A stretch of DNA of 64,000 bases, taken from assembly GCA_963842885.1 (NCBI GenBank), contig CAWJIE010000002.1:128001-192000 (forward strand), given 5' to 3'. This document shows, piece after piece, positions 16,900 to 27,193 of the stretch. Each line of letters opens with the position of its first letter. The first letter of the stretch is position 1. Source of the DNA: an uncultured Nitrososphaerota archaeon. GTDB lineage: Archaea; Thermoproteota; Nitrososphaeria; Conexivisphaerales; DTJL01. The translations under genes and the position numbers were made by a program. The notes below the pieces were generated by a model that was not told where the DNA came from, did not search any database, and saw only the letters and a list, made by a program, of their open reading frames with translations.

Positions 16900-17877
16900 C
16901 TAGAGGTCGTACACGCTGCCCGGAACCCTGGGGAAGAGCTGCACGTCGCCCACGTGACGAGCCCCCACCAGCCATCTTACGAGCCTTTCAACTCCTATCC
17001 CCGCTCCCGCCGAGGGCCTGAGCCTCCCCTCCTTGGCCAACCGGAGCAGGGTGGTGTAGCTTCCTTCGTTCACGCCGTCCCTCTTCATCTTCCAGGCCAT
17101 CTTGTCGTGGTCCCACTCCCTCCTCGAGCCTGAAAGGACTTCCCCGCAGCAGGGAAGGAAGAGGTCGTAGTTGTCCCATCTCCCCGTCTGCAGGTCCTCG
17201 AAGTCGTAGAACTCGCGTGGCATGTCGGTGACCCAGACGGGTTCCCCTATCTTCGAAGGCAGGGCCTCCTCCCATCCCCTGCCATACTGCGCTTCGAGGT
17301 CCACCCTGTCGATCTCCTTGAACGGAACGTGCAAGGGCACCGCTGCCTGGTCAGGGGAGACACGAGCCAGGGCCTCCTTCGCCTGCTCTGCCATGCCCCC
17401 AACCAGCTTCAGCATCATGAGCTCCACAAGACGCTTGATGTCTGAAGATGTCGCTCCTCTGCTTTCGAAGTCCAGCTGAGTGAATTCATAAGCGTGCCTA
17501 CCGGTGGCCGCCCTCTCCCTGTTCTCTATCCGGATGTTGGGTGAAAGCGTGAAGAGCTTGGGGGCCACCAGGGAGCTGGCCACCATCTTGTGCTCTATCA
17601 TGCTGAGGGTCGCCAGGACCGTCTCGCCGTACACCTCGACTCTCAGCCTCTCTTCTAGGGAGGCGCCCGCGTCGGGCCACAGCGGGTCCGTCGACTTGGA
17701 CAGGACGACGGGGAGCACCCACTGGAACCCCTCGGCCATCAAGCTGCCCGTCAAGGATGACAGGACCCCCGTCGTCACCTCGGCCACCAGCGCCTTCCTC
17801 TCCAGCTCGGCCGGTGAAAGTCTGTCCAGAGGGGCGGGGACGGCCCCTTCCGAATCCGACCTCGTCGATTCCGGCAC
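16900..17877 (-). CDS. Archaeal asparagine synthetase A (AsnRS-like catalytic core without anticodon-binding domain)
   Basis: SKSTDPLWPD, SPNIRIE (motif 2), RHAYEFTQLDFE, EVLSGSRRE and SAGAGIGVERL (motif 3); likely GTG start at 17877. Confidence 0.9.
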   Translation of the reverse strand: MPESTRSDSEGAVPAPLDRLSPAELERKALVAEVTTGVLSSLTGSLMAEGFQWVLPVVLSKSTDPLWPDAGASLEERLRVEVYGETVLATLSMIEHKMVASSLVAPKLFTLSPNIRIENRERAATGRHAYEFTQLDFESRGATSSDIKRLVELMMLKLVGGMAEQAKEALARVSPDQAAVPLHVPFKEIDRVDLEAQYGRGWEEALPSKIGEPVWVTDMPREFYDFEDLQTGRWDNYDLFLPCCGEVLSGSRREWDHDKMAWKMKRDGVNEGSYTTLLRLAKEGRLRPSAGAGIGVERLVRWLVGARHVGDVQLFPRVPGSVYDL

Positions 17878-17965
17878 GCCCACCTGGACCCTCAGGCGCG
17901 AATAAAAGCATATTGCCATGCAATCCGGCATTTTGACGGAACAAAGACCATATATGGGTGGAGAT

Positions 17966-17982
17966 GTTAGCAATATGCTAAC
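17966..17982. promoter_or_regulatory. Palindrome GTTAGCA-ATA-TGCTAAC, candidate Lrp/AsnC operator
   Basis: Perfect 7-bp arms just before the ATG at 17984, within the divergent intergenic region. Confidence 0.45.
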
Positions 17983-17983
17983 T

Positions 17984-18427
17984 ATGTTGGATGACAAGGA
18001 TTCGAAGATCCTGGCCATGCTCGTTGAGGACGGAAGGCGGCCGGTGGTGGAGATAGCGCGAGAGACAGGGCTCCCCCGCGCCACCGCCCAGGAGAGGCTG
18101 CAGAGGCTTGTCCGCACGGGCGTGGTCAGGAAGTTCACGGTGATGCCCGACTACTCGAAACTGGGGAAGGAGGTCCTAGCCTACGTCCTTGTCTCTTTCA
18201 GCAGGGAGGGGAACGTCTCCCAAAGGATGCTGGCCGAGGAGATAGCAAGGATACCTGAGGTCTACGAAATTGCTCTCATATCGGGGGAGTGGGACATGAT
18301 GCTGAAGGTCCGCGGCTCCTCAGTCCAGGAGATCGGCTGGCTCGTGATCGATAGGCTGCGCATGATGAAAGGCATAGAGAAGACTCAGACGTGCCTGTCC
18401 TTCCAGACGATCAAAGAGATACCCTAG
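17984..18427 (+). CDS. Lrp/AsnC family transcriptional regulator
   Basis: LDDKDSKILAMLVEDGRRPVVEIARETGL HTH; ISGEWDMMLKV RAM domain. Confidence 0.95.
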   Translation: MLDDKDSKILAMLVEDGRRPVVEIARETGLPRATAQERLQRLVRTGVVRKFTVMPDYSKLGKEVLAYVLVSFSREGNVSQRMLAEEIARIPEVYEIALISGEWDMMLKVRGSSVQEIGWLVIDRLRMMKGIEKTQTCLSFQTIKEIP

Positions 18428-18573
18428 GAACGGGCCAACCACGACACCCGGCGACGGGCTGCCGCAACTGTCAAAGCGTAGCCCGGGAAGGGATGGAAAC
18501 AGAATATTCGATTATGCGGCGTTTATCCCGGCGTTGAGCCCGAAGGGGCTTGTCCTTAGCCGATAATGGTAAG

Positions 18574-19833
18574 TCAGGCCCAGACATTTGACCAGGTCAC
18601 AGGTTCCAGCCGGCCTAGGCCTGAACCCTTTCTCCTGGTTTTGCGCCAGGAAGGGAGTGGTGAAGCAGGAATCACCGACGATCGTGGATCGGCGTCTCGT
18701 TCTCGCTCAAGGACTCGCATAGACTCACCATACCCTCGTCTTCTATGCGGAACCAAGTCCACGCCCTCTAACATTGGTGTAGATGCCCTCTGGTTGAGCT
18801 GGATTCTCGCGTCACCAACGAGGTCCATCAGATTCAGAGGCTTCAGGTCGTAGGCGTACGAATACGACCTGACGCATGTCCTAACACACATGTTGCAGTT
18901 CTCGGCTCTCGCCACATGATTCCGGTAAGGATCGCTCGAAAAATAGTCCTCGAAAGACCCCTTCCTCAGATCGTAGCTGTAGTCATAGGTGCAATTGTAG
19001 ATCTTCTTGTCAGGGGAGACGTAGACGAACATCTTCGGGAACTGGCAGGTCCACCGCCTCCCTTCGACAAAATGCTTCAACAGGTATTCCGTCTCCATCA
19101 GAGGATACCCTTCTCGCTTCAGTCTGAGCAGGGTGGCATAGAAGTCGTGGAGCTGCGCCCTGCTGAGCCCCAACTCCATGTTGGGTGAATGAGTCGCCTC
19201 GTTCTGCCCGAAGTCCAGTGTGGGCTCTACCGAATTGTAGGAGATGCCGACCCGCAGTTCCTTGGCCAGCTTCGCCATCGGCTCGATCGCATCGAGGTTC
19301 AACTTGCTGATGGTGGTAGCCAACGTCACCCGCGTGTCCCCCACCTCCCTTATCCTGTTGACACCTCTGATGGCCTCGTCGAAGGAACCACGCCTCCCTC
19401 TGATGAAATCGTGATATTCGTTGAAGTAGTCCAACGAGACGAATGCGAAGTCGAGATTCCGCAGGGAAGTGGCCTTGCTGGCGAGAAGTGAGGCATTCGT
19501 GTTCATGGTCGTCAAGAAGCCCCTGTTCCTGGCGTAATCCACGATCTTCCCGATGTCCTGCCTGATGAGTGGCTCTCCGCCAAAGATGTAGTAGCCTCGC
19601 ATGCCAAAATCGTACGCTTCATCGAGAAGGTCGTAGACCTCCTCCGTGGAAAGGTCCTCCTTCATCCTCGGCGTCAGCTGCCAATACGTGCACGTCTTGC
19701 ACCTAGAATTGCAACCGAAGGTGACGGCGTGGGCCAGGAAGAAGGGCTTGTGAGTGTAGGTCCTTGACTTGAGCATGGACAGAAAGGCGTCAAGGAGCCT
19801 AACCTTGTCCCCTCTGCTTTCTCCCTGGCTCAT
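18574..19833 (-). CDS. Radical SAM protein with SPASM/twitch-like C-terminal Cys cluster
   Basis: CNSRCKTC (CxxxCxxC), GGEPL, TNASLL; CQFPK...NCTY...CNMCVRTC. Confidence 0.9.
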   Translation of the reverse strand: MSQGESRGDKVRLLDAFLSMLKSRTYTHKPFFLAHAVTFGCNSRCKTCTYWQLTPRMKEDLSTEEVYDLLDEAYDFGMRGYYIFGGEPLIRQDIGKIVDYARNRGFLTTMNTNASLLASKATSLRNLDFAFVSLDYFNEYHDFIRGRRGSFDEAIRGVNRIREVGDTRVTLATTISKLNLDAIEPMAKLAKELRVGISYNSVEPTLDFGQNEATHSPNMELGLSRAQLHDFYATLLRLKREGYPLMETEYLLKHFVEGRRWTCQFPKMFVYVSPDKKIYNCTYDYSYDLRKGSFEDYFSSDPYRNHVARAENCNMCVRTCVRSYSYAYDLKPLNLMDLVGDARIQLNQRASTPMLEGVDLVPHRRRGYGESMRVLERERDADPRSSVIPASPLPSWRKTRRKGSGLGRLEPVTWSNVWA

Positions 19834-20044
19834 GCCAGGCTCTAGCTGTTATTATGGTGAACCTAACGTATAAGGCATTAACATGAGCGAGAGGGCGATT
19901 CTCAATATCAGAGAACGGTCTCGTCGCCGACGCAATCTGAAAGCGGGCTCGATAAATCCATATTAGAGCACATAACGATAAGCTACCTTACGGGGAGTGC
20001 ACCTTGATCGAAATAGAGAACCTCACAAAGAAGGTGCTACTCCA

Positions 20045-20272
20045 GTGAAGAAGTGGCAAGTAATCCTAGCTGGATTCTTTGGGCCGTATGTGCTGTGGTT
20101 CTTCTTGTGGAGGGTAATGGACATGACCAATCGAGGTCGTGTCAAGACTGTGGGGATCTATGCAGAGATAGCTACAATCTTCGTCTATGCAGCGATCATG
20201 CTGTCTCTTCTAATCACAGTACTAGCTTGGCGTACCATTGATCAAGAACTCCATGAGGTGCTACCTCGATGA
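20045..20272 (+). CDS. Small two-TM membrane protein
   Basis: Two hydrophobic helices, lower-GC segment; probable GTG start at 20045. Confidence 0.45.
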   Translation: MKKWQVILAGFFGPYVLWFFLWRVMDMTNRGRVKTVGIYAEIATIFVYAAIMLSLLITVLAWRTIDQELHEVLPR

Positions 20273-20396
20273 AGCCCAAGCCTAAACCAGTTGGATCATG
20301 CGCGCTATCGAAAGACGAACTTGCTTTGCTAGGGCAAGGCCGTCTTTCTCCTCGGAGGAAGGCGAAAGGCCCAACGCCAACGGCTCCACATAGTGA

Positions 20397-21071
20397 ATGG
20401 CAATGCTAGCAGACTACTTCTCGCGGTTCCTGACAAGGCGGTGGGCGATCCTAGTCCTGGTAGCAGTGGCGGTGGAGACGGTGCTCATCCTGAGGGTGAT
20501 CTCCATGCCCGTGAGCAGCTCCGAAGCGGAGAGCGCATGGGAGCAGGCTCAGAAACTGGTTTCAGGGATCAAAGGTCAGCCCTATCCGGTCCTTGTGCTC
20601 TCTATCTTCGCGAACAACCTCAAGGCGGTCGTGCTCTTCATGATACCTGGGCTCGGATGGTTCTCGCTTCCCCTGTCCTTCATCTCGACCTTCAGGTTGC
20701 TTGCAGGGGCCGCGGCATACAAGGGGATTCCCTGGGAGACGGTCGCCCAGACCTTCTTCATTCCGCCGCACGTGTGGCTGGAGAACGCGGCATACGCCAT
20801 CGCCATAGTGCAGAGCTTCCTCCTGGTGTACTATGCGATGACAGGAAGGTTCAGGAAGGAGCTATGGAGGACGGGCGTGGCCTTCGTCCTGTCAGTCACG
20901 ACCCTGTTTGCCGCCGCCCTGCTCGAAGCACTCGAGATCGCCGTCGGCAATCATGGAGGGGTGATAGCAGCATGGGTCGCCCTCGCCGTCTTCGTGTTGC
21001 CGACCTGCTTTCTCCTCAGAAGGTCCCTGGTCAGAAACAGCGCTCGAACTGAGGGGGCTGTCGGGGCCTAA
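20397..21071 (+). CDS. Stage II sporulation protein M (SpoIIM/DUF95)-like membrane protein
   Basis: SIFANNLK, PPHVWLENAAYAIA and LFAAALLEA motifs. Confidence 0.8.
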   Translation: MAMLADYFSRFLTRRWAILVLVAVAVETVLILRVISMPVSSSEAESAWEQAQKLVSGIKGQPYPVLVLSIFANNLKAVVLFMIPGLGWFSLPLSFISTFRLLAGAAAYKGIPWETVAQTFFIPPHVWLENAAYAIAIVQSFLLVYYAMTGRFRKELWRTGVAFVLSVTTLFAAALLEALEIAVGNHGGVIAAWVALAVFVLPTCFLLRRSLVRNSARTEGAVGA

Positions 21072-21291
21072 GCCGCGGGTTGGCCGAGCTGAGAGTCAAC
21101 GGGGGCGCGAAGGGACTCATACCGAATTGGGTTCAAGCCTCCTCAGGTCACCCGATTCTCCAGAAGCAGGCCGTCAGTTTCATCCTATTGCCATCGACGT
21201 CCTCCGTTCTAGTCACCGAACTGTACGGCGAGCCGGTTACCCAAGTCATAATAAGCCGTCAGGCCATCAAACCGGTTCAGGTGCATTCCAG

Positions 21292-21933
21292 ATGGCGGAG
21301 TTCGGGAGGAAGTGGAAGACTTCAGATGACCCCAGCCTGAGGGAGAGGCTGGGCGGATGGTTCAAGCCGAGCGAGCCCCTCAAGCCGCGGATCGAGACGG
21401 CTGGCAGGGGTCTCCAGACCTACATCGCGCTCCTAGAGTCCAGCAGCCGCAGGCTCCAGGATCGCGACGCTGCCATCTTTGCCAAGGTCGTTCACTTCGT
21501 CCAGAGCCGCGACGGCCAGCACGCCGCCGCCTACGCCAACGAGCTGGTGGAACTGAGGAAACTCGAGAAGCTCATCTCCTCGGTGGAGGTCGCCTTCGAA
21601 GGGATACTCCAGCGCCTGAGGACGGCCACCGACCTGGGAGACGTCGTAACCATACTCGCCCCTGCGGAGGTCATCCTGAAGAGCGTGAGGCCAGGCCTGC
21701 AGGGAGTGCTTCCCGAGGCTGAGCGCGAGATCTCAGAGGTAGGAGAGCTGCTCAGCGGCGTCCTGACCGACGCCGGAAGCGTCGGCGAGGTGGGCGTCAA
21801 CTTCCAGGCCGCGAACGATGACGCCGAGAGGATCCTGAGGGAGGCTGAGGTCGTCGCCGAAGACAGGATGAAGGAGAGGCTCCCCGAAGTCCCCCGATTC
21901 AAGTACGGCGAGGAAGAGGGCTACAGCCAATAG
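21292..21933 (+). CDS. cdvB: ESCRT-III/Snf7 family protein, CdvB paralogue
   Basis: PLKPRIE...RLQDRDAAIFAKVV...YANELVELRK...RLRTATDLGDVVTILAPA...LPEAEREI...AERILREA; no C-terminal wH domain; ATG at 21292. Confidence 0.9.
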   Translation: MAEFGRKWKTSDDPSLRERLGGWFKPSEPLKPRIETAGRGLQTYIALLESSSRRLQDRDAAIFAKVVHFVQSRDGQHAAAYANELVELRKLEKLISSVEVAFEGILQRLRTATDLGDVVTILAPAEVILKSVRPGLQGVLPEAEREISEVGELLSGVLTDAGSVGEVGVNFQAANDDAERILREAEVVAEDRMKERLPEVPRFKYGEEEGYSQ

Positions 21934-22012
21934 CCCGCTGCAGCTCCGGCGACTCATTGGAATCACGCCTTCGGCTCGATGAGACTCGGAGACGCCATAG
22001 GGGCGGGAATGT

Positions 22013-22759
22013 TCAGAAGAACAACTCACTGCGATTCAACAGGCGAACCGTTCCCTCGAACCCGACTCGAACATGTCGCGGGCCTGTCTTGATTATGAGG
22101 CCGTTCAAGAAGTCCAGCTTCAGAATCGGTATGCCAAGGAGGAAGCCCACCAGTGGATAGATCTGGAGGTCATGAGTCACGATCAGGGAAACGCCCTCGG
22201 ATTCAGGAAGCTGACGGTCAAAGAGCTCGCGGAGGAAACCAGTAGCATATCTGTCTGCCGGAACCAGGGCACCGTCCTGAGCCGTGCCACGCAGCCAGTC
22301 GTCGACGAATTCTTCCCAATGTCCTGATCCGAGGGCCAGGTCATACTTCCGCCTATCAGCAATCGGAGATCCAAAGGCAAGAGTTCCCTGTCCTGAGATC
22401 CGGCAACCTTTCTCTCTTGCTCCGGCTGCGATGGCATCTGCAGTATCAAGGCATCGTTTCAGTCCCCAGCCGTAGGCGCCCATTGTGAGAATCCCTCCAT
22501 CCTGAGCCAGTGCCCTCCCGAAGCTCCTGGCGGCTTCGATGCCCCTTTCCGTCAGTCCGACGCCGTCCCACGCCTGTATGGGCACGTCATCGAAGGATGG
22601 ACGCTCAGAGTGCCTGACTATCAAGACAGTACGATTGACAGCGTCGAGACGCCTGACCAAGTCCACTACGCTGTTGCCGTAGAGCAACCCACTTGCCATG
22701 AGGTCCACCCGTTCGGTCCACTGACCGGCATTAAAAACCGCTCGCATCTGTTTCGTCAT
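22013..22759 (-). CDS. Histidine phosphatase superfamily protein
   Basis: LIVRHSER, LTERG, RCLDTA and IVTHD motifs. Confidence 0.8.
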   Translation of the reverse strand: MTKQMRAVFNAGQWTERVDLMASGLLYGNSVVDLVRRLDAVNRTVLIVRHSERPSFDDVPIQAWDGVGLTERGIEAARSFGRALAQDGGILTMGAYGWGLKRCLDTADAIAAGAREKGCRISGQGTLAFGSPIADRRKYDLALGSGHWEEFVDDWLRGTAQDGALVPADRYATGFLRELFDRQLPESEGVSLIVTHDLQIYPLVGFLLGIPILKLDFLNGLIIKTGPRHVRVGFEGTVRLLNRSELFF

Positions 22760-22790
22760 CGGGCGGCATTCCTCGCAAGTCCTGCCCTAT

Positions 22791-22828
22791 CCAACCGGTA
22801 TAGAGACTCAGGAAGCTATGTTCAAGCC
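22791..22828 (+). repeat. Degenerate repeat family A core, copy 6
   Basis: ccaaccggtatagagactcaggaagctatgttcaagcc versus ccaaccgggataggacataggatgctgtgttcaaacc. Confidence 0.65.
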
Positions 22829-23055
22829 AGCCCCCGCTGACGTCCAAGCCTGCGTTCGACGAGCATGGCCATACCCACGCCAATGAGGACCGTGAAGAAC
22901 GCCAGAGACGCCGGGAACCCCGATATTGAAGTTGCTGTTGATCTGATTGAGACACCCACACGCCCAGAGTTGACGACGCAGAGGCACCCGTTGGAGGGAT
23001 CCTGTGCTACCCAAGAGGCATCACTTCCCATCTTGATGGTGCCCGCCTCTCCCAT
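22822..23055 (-). pseudogene. Remnant of a YVTN-repeat surface protein ending in a PGF/PEF-CTERM-like sorting signal
   Basis: One decayed blade VAQDPSNGCLCVVNSG, then ISGFP + TM + ERRLGR. Confidence 0.55.
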
Positions 23056-23136
23056 GGTTCTTCATATCGAGGTCGCCCTTCGACCATCGGCTAGACTTTA
23101 AGTACCGTCACCGAAGGTTAATGGCTGAAAACCCTT

Positions 23137-24099
23137 TTGCCTTCCGACCGGAGGCTGGCCCTGGCACTGCTCGTCGTCTTGCTTGCGATGCCTTTGGCGG
23201 CCGCCTACATCTCGAATCCACTGATCCTCAACGCAGGATGGAACGAGGGGAAGGGGAGCCTCATTCTGGTCTTGGCGTTCATAGCGATCGAAGGCCTGGA
23301 TGCTACCTATCGACTGAACAGGGGCAAGGTCGCAATCGCGTTCCTCTGCTCCGCCTTTCTTTCTTTCGTCTTCTACTACGACCCAGGGTCCCTTCAAGCG
23401 ATCACGCAGGCAGGCACCTATTTCGGCGTGGCGCCCAGTCTCCTGATCTACAGCTGGCACGAATTCTGGGTCACAGTGGCATATCTTTCGTTGACCTTGA
23501 TCCTGATAGTCGACTTGACCGGGATCAGGCAGCTCAGGGCCTTTCTGTTCACGCTGACCTACGCGGCGCTGACCGCGACCTTCCTGATCCTCGACGCAGT
23601 ATTCCCGTTCGATGAGCTGGGTCCCCTCCAATCGATTGTGCCCGTGCTGGTGTCGATCGCCACTGGTATCATGAAGGCCACCCATCTGGTGAACATAACG
23701 TCGTCCGGGAACACCATGCTCATCAACGCGGGGGGCACGGTGAAGGCGCTGGTCGTCTACTGGCCATCCGCCGGCGTCCAAAGCTTCCTGATATTCACTG
23801 GGATCGCCGTAGCCTTCCTCCTCAAGCAGAGGATAGGCGGATTCAGGTTTGTGGCCTATGCGGTCCTGGGTGCCCTCGGGACCATCTCTGTAAACATCGT
23901 GAGGATAGTGCTGCTGGCATACTACGCCGCCTATTATCCAGCCCAGTACTTCCAAAGCTTCCACGACGTGATTGGGGAGATCCTGTTCTTGCCGTGGCTC
24001 GTGGCCTTCATGCTGATAGTCCACTATGCGGAGAGGCACTTCAACAGGAAGTCCTCCTCCCCGCCTCTCCCAGGGCAGCCCATTTCCCTCCCGGCTTGA
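23137..24099 (+). CDS. Archaeosortase/exosortase family protein, thaumarchaeosortase-like
   Basis: WNEGKG, VYWPSAGVQS, VNIVRI and FHDVIGEILFLPWL motifs; multi-TM. Confidence 0.85.
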   Translation: MPSDRRLALALLVVLLAMPLAAAYISNPLILNAGWNEGKGSLILVLAFIAIEGLDATYRLNRGKVAIAFLCSAFLSFVFYYDPGSLQAITQAGTYFGVAPSLLIYSWHEFWVTVAYLSLTLILIVDLTGIRQLRAFLFTLTYAALTATFLILDAVFPFDELGPLQSIVPVLVSIATGIMKATHLVNITSSGNTMLINAGGTVKALVVYWPSAGVQSFLIFTGIAVAFLLKQRIGGFRFVAYAVLGALGTISVNIVRIVLLAYYAAYYPAQYFQSFHDVIGEILFLPWLVAFMLIVHYAERHFNRKSSSPPLPGQPISLPA

Positions 24100-24458
24100 G
24101 AGTGAGGTCGAAGGGGTATCGTCCAAGCCGGGTCTTCGTGGTAGGTGTGCCCTGGGAGGGGCACCTGGACAGGTGATGGCGAACGGCGGGCTTCGTTCAC
24201 GCTCCGCTTTTCCATGTTCTAAGTACTAGACGTAACACCGGAGAGCCTCATCCATGCAGGAGAAGGGGGGACACCACGACTCAAGGTCGGATGGAGGTGC
24301 ATCGTCGGCCGGGCGCGCCTCCCTATCAGAAAGTGTTTAATCCCAGCTTCTTGGAGTGGCTTCCAATGTCGTCTCGGCGGGGAGCCGCATCAGCATCCGC
24401 TGCGCAGGCGAGGCGGACGCCTGAGCGGGCTGGCCGGCATGGGCGGACCTGATGGCGC

Positions 24459-26010
24459 ATGAGCTTCTTCAGCGCCCTGCTATTGGTCGTCTCCCTAGCC
24501 GTCACGTTCATCTTCTTCGCCTACGGATTCAACATCTTCTACATGCTGAGGCTTTCGAGGAAGTACAAGAAGCCCACCTCCCAGGGCCACGACAAGCCCA
24601 CCATAGCCATCCATCTCCCCATATTCAACGAACGATACGTCGCCGAGAGGCTCCTGGAGGCCTGCTCCGCCACCGCCGAGCTCTACGGAAAGGAGAAGGT
24701 GTACGTCTCCGTCCTCGATGACTCCGATGACGAGACCACCTCCATACTTCAGGAGGTCGCCGGCGGCTACAGGGCCAGGGGTTTCAACTTCGACGTGCAG
24801 CACAGGGATGACAGGACCGGCTTCAAGGCGGGGGCCCTCAACGCGGCCCTCACGAAGGCCAAGGAGGAATTCATCGTGGTCTTCGACTCGGATTTCATGC
24901 CCAAGAAGGGACTTCCTGGACAGGGCGGCCAGCTACATAACGGCCGACGATGGGCTGGGGGTGGTCCAGTTCAGGTGGAGCTACACCAACCGGGAGTACA
25001 ACTGGATAACCAGGGCGGTCTCCATAGGCATGGATGCCCACTTCATAATCGAGCAGCCTGCGAGGTGCGCCGGCGGCCTGTTCCTCAACTTCAACGGCAG
25101 CGCCGGCATCATCCGGACCAGGGCGCTCCGCGAATCCGGCGGCTGGCAGTCCGACACCTTGGCCGAGGACCTGGACGCCAGCTACAGAATGCAGCTCCTT
25201 CGCTACCGCATTCAGTACGTCGACGACGACGTCCCCTGCGAAATCCCGCCCACGGTAGCGAGCTTCAAGAGGCAGCAGGCTAGGTGGGCCAGAGGGAGCC
25301 TGCAGGTGGCCAAGAAGTCGCTCCCCCGGCTCCTGAGGGACAAAGGCGTCACCGTGCGCCAGAAGCTGGAGGCGTCCATTCACCTGACCTATTACACCGT
25401 CCATCCCCTGATGTACATCTCCTTCCTGCTGGCCGCCATGGCCGCCATATTCAACATCAACAGCATCAAGGTCGTCATCCCCACGGCTGCTCAGATAGGC
25501 GGGCTCGGTCAGGGCGGAGTGGCCGGGGTCACCTGGACCGACCCGGTTTGGCTGGTCTTCGCGCTCTCCATCGTCCTGTGCACCGCGGCGGCCTGGATAT
25601 ACTACATCGTGGCCATGAGGATGCAGCACATCAGCGTGGTCAGAAACTGGCGGTACCTCCTGGCCCTGGGCTTCCTGGGCTACGGCATAAGCGTGAGCAA
25701 CACGCTCGAAGCGGCGAAGGCCTTCCTGCTCAAGGGGAGCGGCGCGTTCAAGAGGACGCCGAAGTACGCGGTGATCGGGAAGGAGGGCTCCTGGAAGGAC
25801 AAGAAATACCAGGTGCCCCTTGACTACACGTCGCTGGTGGAGGCGCTCAGCGTGATACTGGCGGCCGTGGCCATCGGCAGGGCCGTCGCCTTCGGCAACT
25901 TCGGCATCATCATAATACTGGGCGTCTACGCGTTCGCCTACGTCTTCGTGTTCTCCACGACCATCTCCCAGAGCGGCAAGGAGAACGCCATCCCCCTCAT
26001 GGCTTCCTGA
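24459..26010 (+). CDS. Processive GT2 glycosyltransferase (cellulose synthase-like); frameshift near 24905
   Basis: LPIFNE, LDDSDD, GFKAGALN, FDSDF in one frame; FNGSAG, TLAEDLD, QQARWARG (QxxRW) in the next. Confidence 0.9.
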
Positions 26011-26047
26011 CGGCTTCACCGGGGCCCTATGGTCGAGGCCGGCTTGC

Positions 26048-26170
26048 GCCCACGTCATTCTTGGATATCTATTGATGCCGGATAAGAAATCAATATCATC
26101 GATTTGACCGACGATGACGACTCTCGCTTAGTCATCTTTATGTTATTGAAAACAAGAGGCCAGTTGGACC
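26048..26170 (+). repeat. Dispersed repeat family B, full copy
   Basis: ttggatatctattgatgccggataagaaatcaatatcatc...ctctcgcttagtcatctttatgttattgaaaacaagagg. Confidence 0.9.
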
Positions 26171-26341
26171 AAATGAGCCATTGGGCCTGTCGGCCAGTTG
26201 TGTGGAAGGTCGAGACTCGCGGCGAGTACCTGATACAGAACCTTCAGGGATTGACACGTGTATGGTAGACTCTGGTGCCCCACCTGTGGACTAGGCAATT
26301 CAGCTTCATGCCTTTCGAAGTCGCCCTGAACAGGCTCTCGA

Positions 26342-27130
26342 CTACTTGGTGTGGGACGCGCGCCTGCTCGCCCCACCTACATAATTCCTGGCCTTATCGA
26401 AGGCTGGACCCAAAGGTAACAGAGAGACGTAGAAGGCCGCGAGGATTGTCTTACAGGTGAAGGTCATGCCCACCGCCAGCCCACATGTGTCCGTCGTTTC
26501 AAGCAAGGGGAGATAGTAAGTACCGGTTACTCTGCATTGTGGAAATCCATAGAGTATCCAAAGCGTCCACAGTGTGATGAATGCGGCCAGCAACACCGCG
26601 CTCATCCATTTGAATGATAGGTACTTGCGAAACAGAAGGACGGGTAGAATGGTAAGGACCGTCAGAATGAGGACCCTTATCTGAGTGCCATTGATGTACG
26701 GTGGTTCGAAGTAGTTCAGATACACCGGAAACGTGAAATGATATACCAACTCGTACGTCTGAATGCATGCGAAGGCGAAAAGGACCGCAGCCAAGACGGC
26801 ATCCGTCCTCCCCGCTCCGCTGTAAGATAGGGACCGTTCCGCCAGAATGAAAAGGACAGCCACCAAAGCCAACGTGAACGGGGATACGTCACCCAACCAG
26901 TGAACTTGGTATTGCTGCTTGGCTGTCATGTACACGAACAGGGCTATCGCCAATAGGGCTCCGATCCTCATCCCCCAGACCAAGGAATCCGACAGCTTCC
27001 ATGAGCCATCTCCATCAATCTGCTGTCCCGCAGACCCGGAGTCGAATGGCAGCGTGCATGGTCGCCTTGCGAAATAGGTCATCCCTACTCGCAAATAACG
27101 CTTATCATAGCGAGGCCTTCGCCCGGTCAC
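26342..27130 (-). CDS. Hypothetical multi-pass membrane protein (true start probably downstream)
   Basis: About 6 TM helices; YELVYHF and LWILYGFPQ motifs. Confidence 0.65.
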   Translation of the reverse strand: MTGRRPRYDKRYLRVGMTYFARRPCTLPFDSGSAGQQIDGDGSWKLSDSLVWGMRIGALLAIALFVYMTAKQQYQVHWLGDVSPFTLALVAVLFILAERSLSYSGAGRTDAVLAAVLFAFACIQTYELVYHFTFPVYLNYFEPPYINGTQIRVLILTVLTILPVLLFRKYLSFKWMSAVLLAAFITLWTLWILYGFPQCRVTGTYYLPLLETTDTCGLAVGMTFTCKTILAAFYVSLLPLGPAFDKARNYVGGASRRASHTK

Positions 27131-27193
27131 CTTGGTCCTTATACCCCTAAATAGAGCTCAGGAGGACTTGACCCTCGAGGCTAACCAGTCCAG

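Noticed and set aside
17878-18138. N-terminal extension of the asparagine synthetase ORF
   Set aside because: It overlaps the divergent Lrp gene and promoter; GTG at 17877 fits the family length better.
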